A stretch of 64,000 nucleotides of DNA from Malacoraja senta (Eukaryota), in assembly GCA_038087875.1 (NCBI GenBank), contig CM075992.1, positions 3,226,001 to 3,290,000 on the forward strand, given 5' to 3'. Each line of letters starts with the position of its first letter. The stretch's first letter is position 1. The translations under genes were made by a program, and so were the position numbers. Shown one piece after another: positions 61,417-64,000 of this stretch. The notes under the pieces were generated by a model, which worked only from the letters and a program-made list of their open reading frames with translations, ran no database searches and was not told the DNA's origin.

Positions 61417-62313
61417 CTGTGAAATGGATGGGTGAAAAGGAATGCATTAAATCTCCAGCAAACGGCTTAAAATGATCATTGAGGAACACATTCAATCTCA
61501 CACACATTCCCACCCCCCCCTGCCATCCCATTTCCGCACCAGACTGGATCTTTGTTTGGTTGAGAGATACAGCGCGGAAACTGGCCCTTCCGCCCACCGA
61601 GTCGGCGCCGACCACCGATCCCCGCACACTAGCACTATCCTGCACACACACACACTAGGGACAATTTACAATCATACCAAGCCAATTAACCTACAAACCT
61701 GCACGTCTTTGGAGTGTGGGAGGAAACCGGAGATCCCAGGGAAAACCCAGGCGGGTCACGGGGAGAGCGTACAGACTCCGTACAGACGGCACCCGTAGTC
61801 AGGATCGAACCCGGATCACTGGCAGCTCTACCACCACACCACCGTGCCGCCCCGAAACATCTATGGCAAAGTCCCCGTCTTTGGCAAACCTGCCCGGCAG
61901 ATTCGCATTGGGCCACGTGTTCCCAGGCCCATTATCTGTCATTAATCCTTAAAAACATTATAAGACATTCGGCGGCACGGTGGCCCAGCGGTAGAGTTGC
62001 TGCCTCCCTGAGTTTGTACGTTCTCCCCGTGACCTGCGTGGGTTTTCTCCGGGTGCTCCGGCTTCCTCCCAGACCCCAAAGACGTACAGGTTTGTAGGAT
62101 AATTGGCTTTGGTGTAAGTGTAAAATGTCCCCAGTGTGTTAATGTGCGGGGATCGCTGGGAGGTGCGGACTGGGTGGGCCGAAGGGCCTGTTTCTGTGCT
62201 GTATCTCTAAACAAAACTCTGTGGATTGCCCCGATCTTGGTGTAAACTTTGCAGGGAACAATCTTGCAGCCAGCGAGCTGCTTTCCCCAAGCACAACAAT
62301 GCTCGGACCTCAC

Positions 62314-62431
62314 CTCGATTTTGTAGACGTTGGCCTCTTTAGATAACGCGACGGGTATATCGTTACTCGGTCGGAAGATGTAGGCACCGGAGGCCTGGCT
62401 ACTGAGCCGGTCACCTGCGCTGGCACTGTAC
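62314..62431 (-). CDS. MAN2B1: MAN2B1 internal exon (most 5' visible; the gene continues beyond the window)
   Basis: AG/GTGAG bounded, 118 nt: YSASAGDRLSSQASGAYIFRPSNDIPVALSKEANVYKIE. Confidence 0.96.
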
Positions 62432-64000
62432 CTGTGCAAACACAATCAACAAGGAGGGTTCACCTGTAACTCCCGTCAGAACCATTGATCAAAAGATGCA
62501 GCGGGGAAACAGGCCCATCAGCCCACGCCGACCATCGATTACCCGTACACTAGTCCCGTGTTACGGGTATTTTCGAAGCAAAAAAAACAGAATCAAGCGA
62601 TATGGGGAGAAAGCAGGAACGGGGTACTAATTTTGGATGATCATCCATGATCATATTGGATACTGGCTCGAAGGGCCGAATGGCCTACTCCTGCACCGAT
62701 TTTCAATGCTTCTATGTTTAGTATTTTCTCCGGGTGCTCTGGTTTCTTCCCACACTCAAAGACGTACAGGTTTGGAGGTTAATTGAAGAAATATTGTAAA
62801 ATTGTCCCTAGTGTGTGGGCGGATAGTGGATAGTGATAGCGAACAGGGTGATTGCCGGAGACCCGGTTCGATCCCGACTACGGGTGCTGTCTGTACGGAG
62901 TTTGTACTTTCTCCCCGTGACCCGCGTGGGTTTTCTCCGAGATCTTCCGTTTCGTCCCACACTCCAAAGACGTGCAGGTTTGTAGGTTAATTGGCTTGGT
63001 AAATGTAAAAAAATGTCCCTAGTGGGTGTAGGATGGCGTTAATGTGCGGGGATCGCTGGTCGGCGCGGACGAAGGGACTGTTTCCGTGCTGCATCTCTAA
63101 AGTCTAAACATAGAAACATAGAATCATAGAAATTAGGTGCAGGAGTAGGCCATTCGGCCCTTCGAGCCTGCACCGCCATTCAATATGATCATGGCTGATC
63201 ATCCAACTCAGTATCCTGTACCTGCCTTCTCTCCATACCCCCTGATCCCTTTAGCCACAAGGGCCACATCTAACTCCCTCTTAAATATAGCCAATGAACT
63301 GGCCTCAACTACCTTCTGTGGCAGAGAATTCCACAGATTCACCACTCTCTGTGTGAAAAATGATTTTCTCATCTCGGTCCTAAAAGACTTCCTCCTTATC
63401 CTTAAACTGTGACCCCTTGTTCTGGACTTCCCCAACATCGGGAACAATCTTCCTGCATCTAGCCTGTCCAACCCCTTAAGAATTTTGTATGTTTCTATAA
63501 GAGTCTGGGACTCTGAAGATTTATCCCCTCACCCGCTATTTTCGGCAGTAGGTTCCAGACTCCCACCCCCCTCAGTGGGAAGTAGTTTTCCTCAACCTCC
63601 TCTCCAATTCGTCCTTTTTCCAATTATCAGGAGCGCGATCTGATTATCCCAGGATTCCAATGGGATGGGGAACCAATGGGTTTCTGTTCATCTTCTTTGG
63701 ACCTTGCGTGGGGATCTCAGGAGTGGTTCAATCAAAACATCCCCGACCCACACCTTAAACTTCTCGTGAAACATTGACGTTTTGTTTCTTTTGGCCCTTC
63801 GTCCCACCGGGTCCGCGCCGACCAGCGATCCCCGCACATTAACGCCTCCCTACACCCACTAGGGACAATTTTTACATTTACCAAGCCAATTAACCTACAA
63901 ACCTGCACGTCTTTGGAATGTGGGAGGAAACCGAAGATCTCGGAGAAAACCCATGTGGGTCACGGGGACAACGTACAAACTCCGTACAGACAGCACCCGT

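Noticed and set aside
63500..63790. Unique sequence where the next upstream MAN2B1 exon might lie
   Set aside because: No frame resembles the expected preceding exon; it is probably beyond the window.

Overview
Repeat-rich vertebrate genomic DNA, most likely from a cartilaginous fish (skate or ray). The species is inferred from HE1-type V-SINEs and their CR1 partner LINEs and was not checked against a database. Parts of three spliced genes are present. (1) The last two exons of CACNA1A (Cav2.1) on +: a poly-His exon at 3311-3552 and a terminal exon at 6331-7035 with the GGCAG/TAG tandem acceptor, a 19-Gln tract and the DDWC PDZ ligand. (2) The last seven exons of TRMT1 on + (39417-47599); its C-terminal CCCH zinc finger is interrupted by an in-frame TAG, and its 5' exons are missing, probably inside a 200-N assembly gap at 37514-37713. 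(3) The last nine exons of MAN2B1 on - (62431-49118), tail-to-tail with TRMT1, with two apparent 1-nt deletions. The rest is mostly mobile DNA: CR1, Rex/Babar, L1, Tx1 and L2-type fragments, V-SINEs, hAT MITEs, a candidate Helitron, and six Harbinger-like MITEs including a 565-bp foldback. There is also a very abundant short, often palindromic, Penelope-like repeat that carries a minimal hammerhead-ribozyme core and 11-16 bp target-site duplications. Comparisons with human proteins and repeat families are from recall, not computed alignments. Repeat boundaries are approximate unless a TSD is cited.
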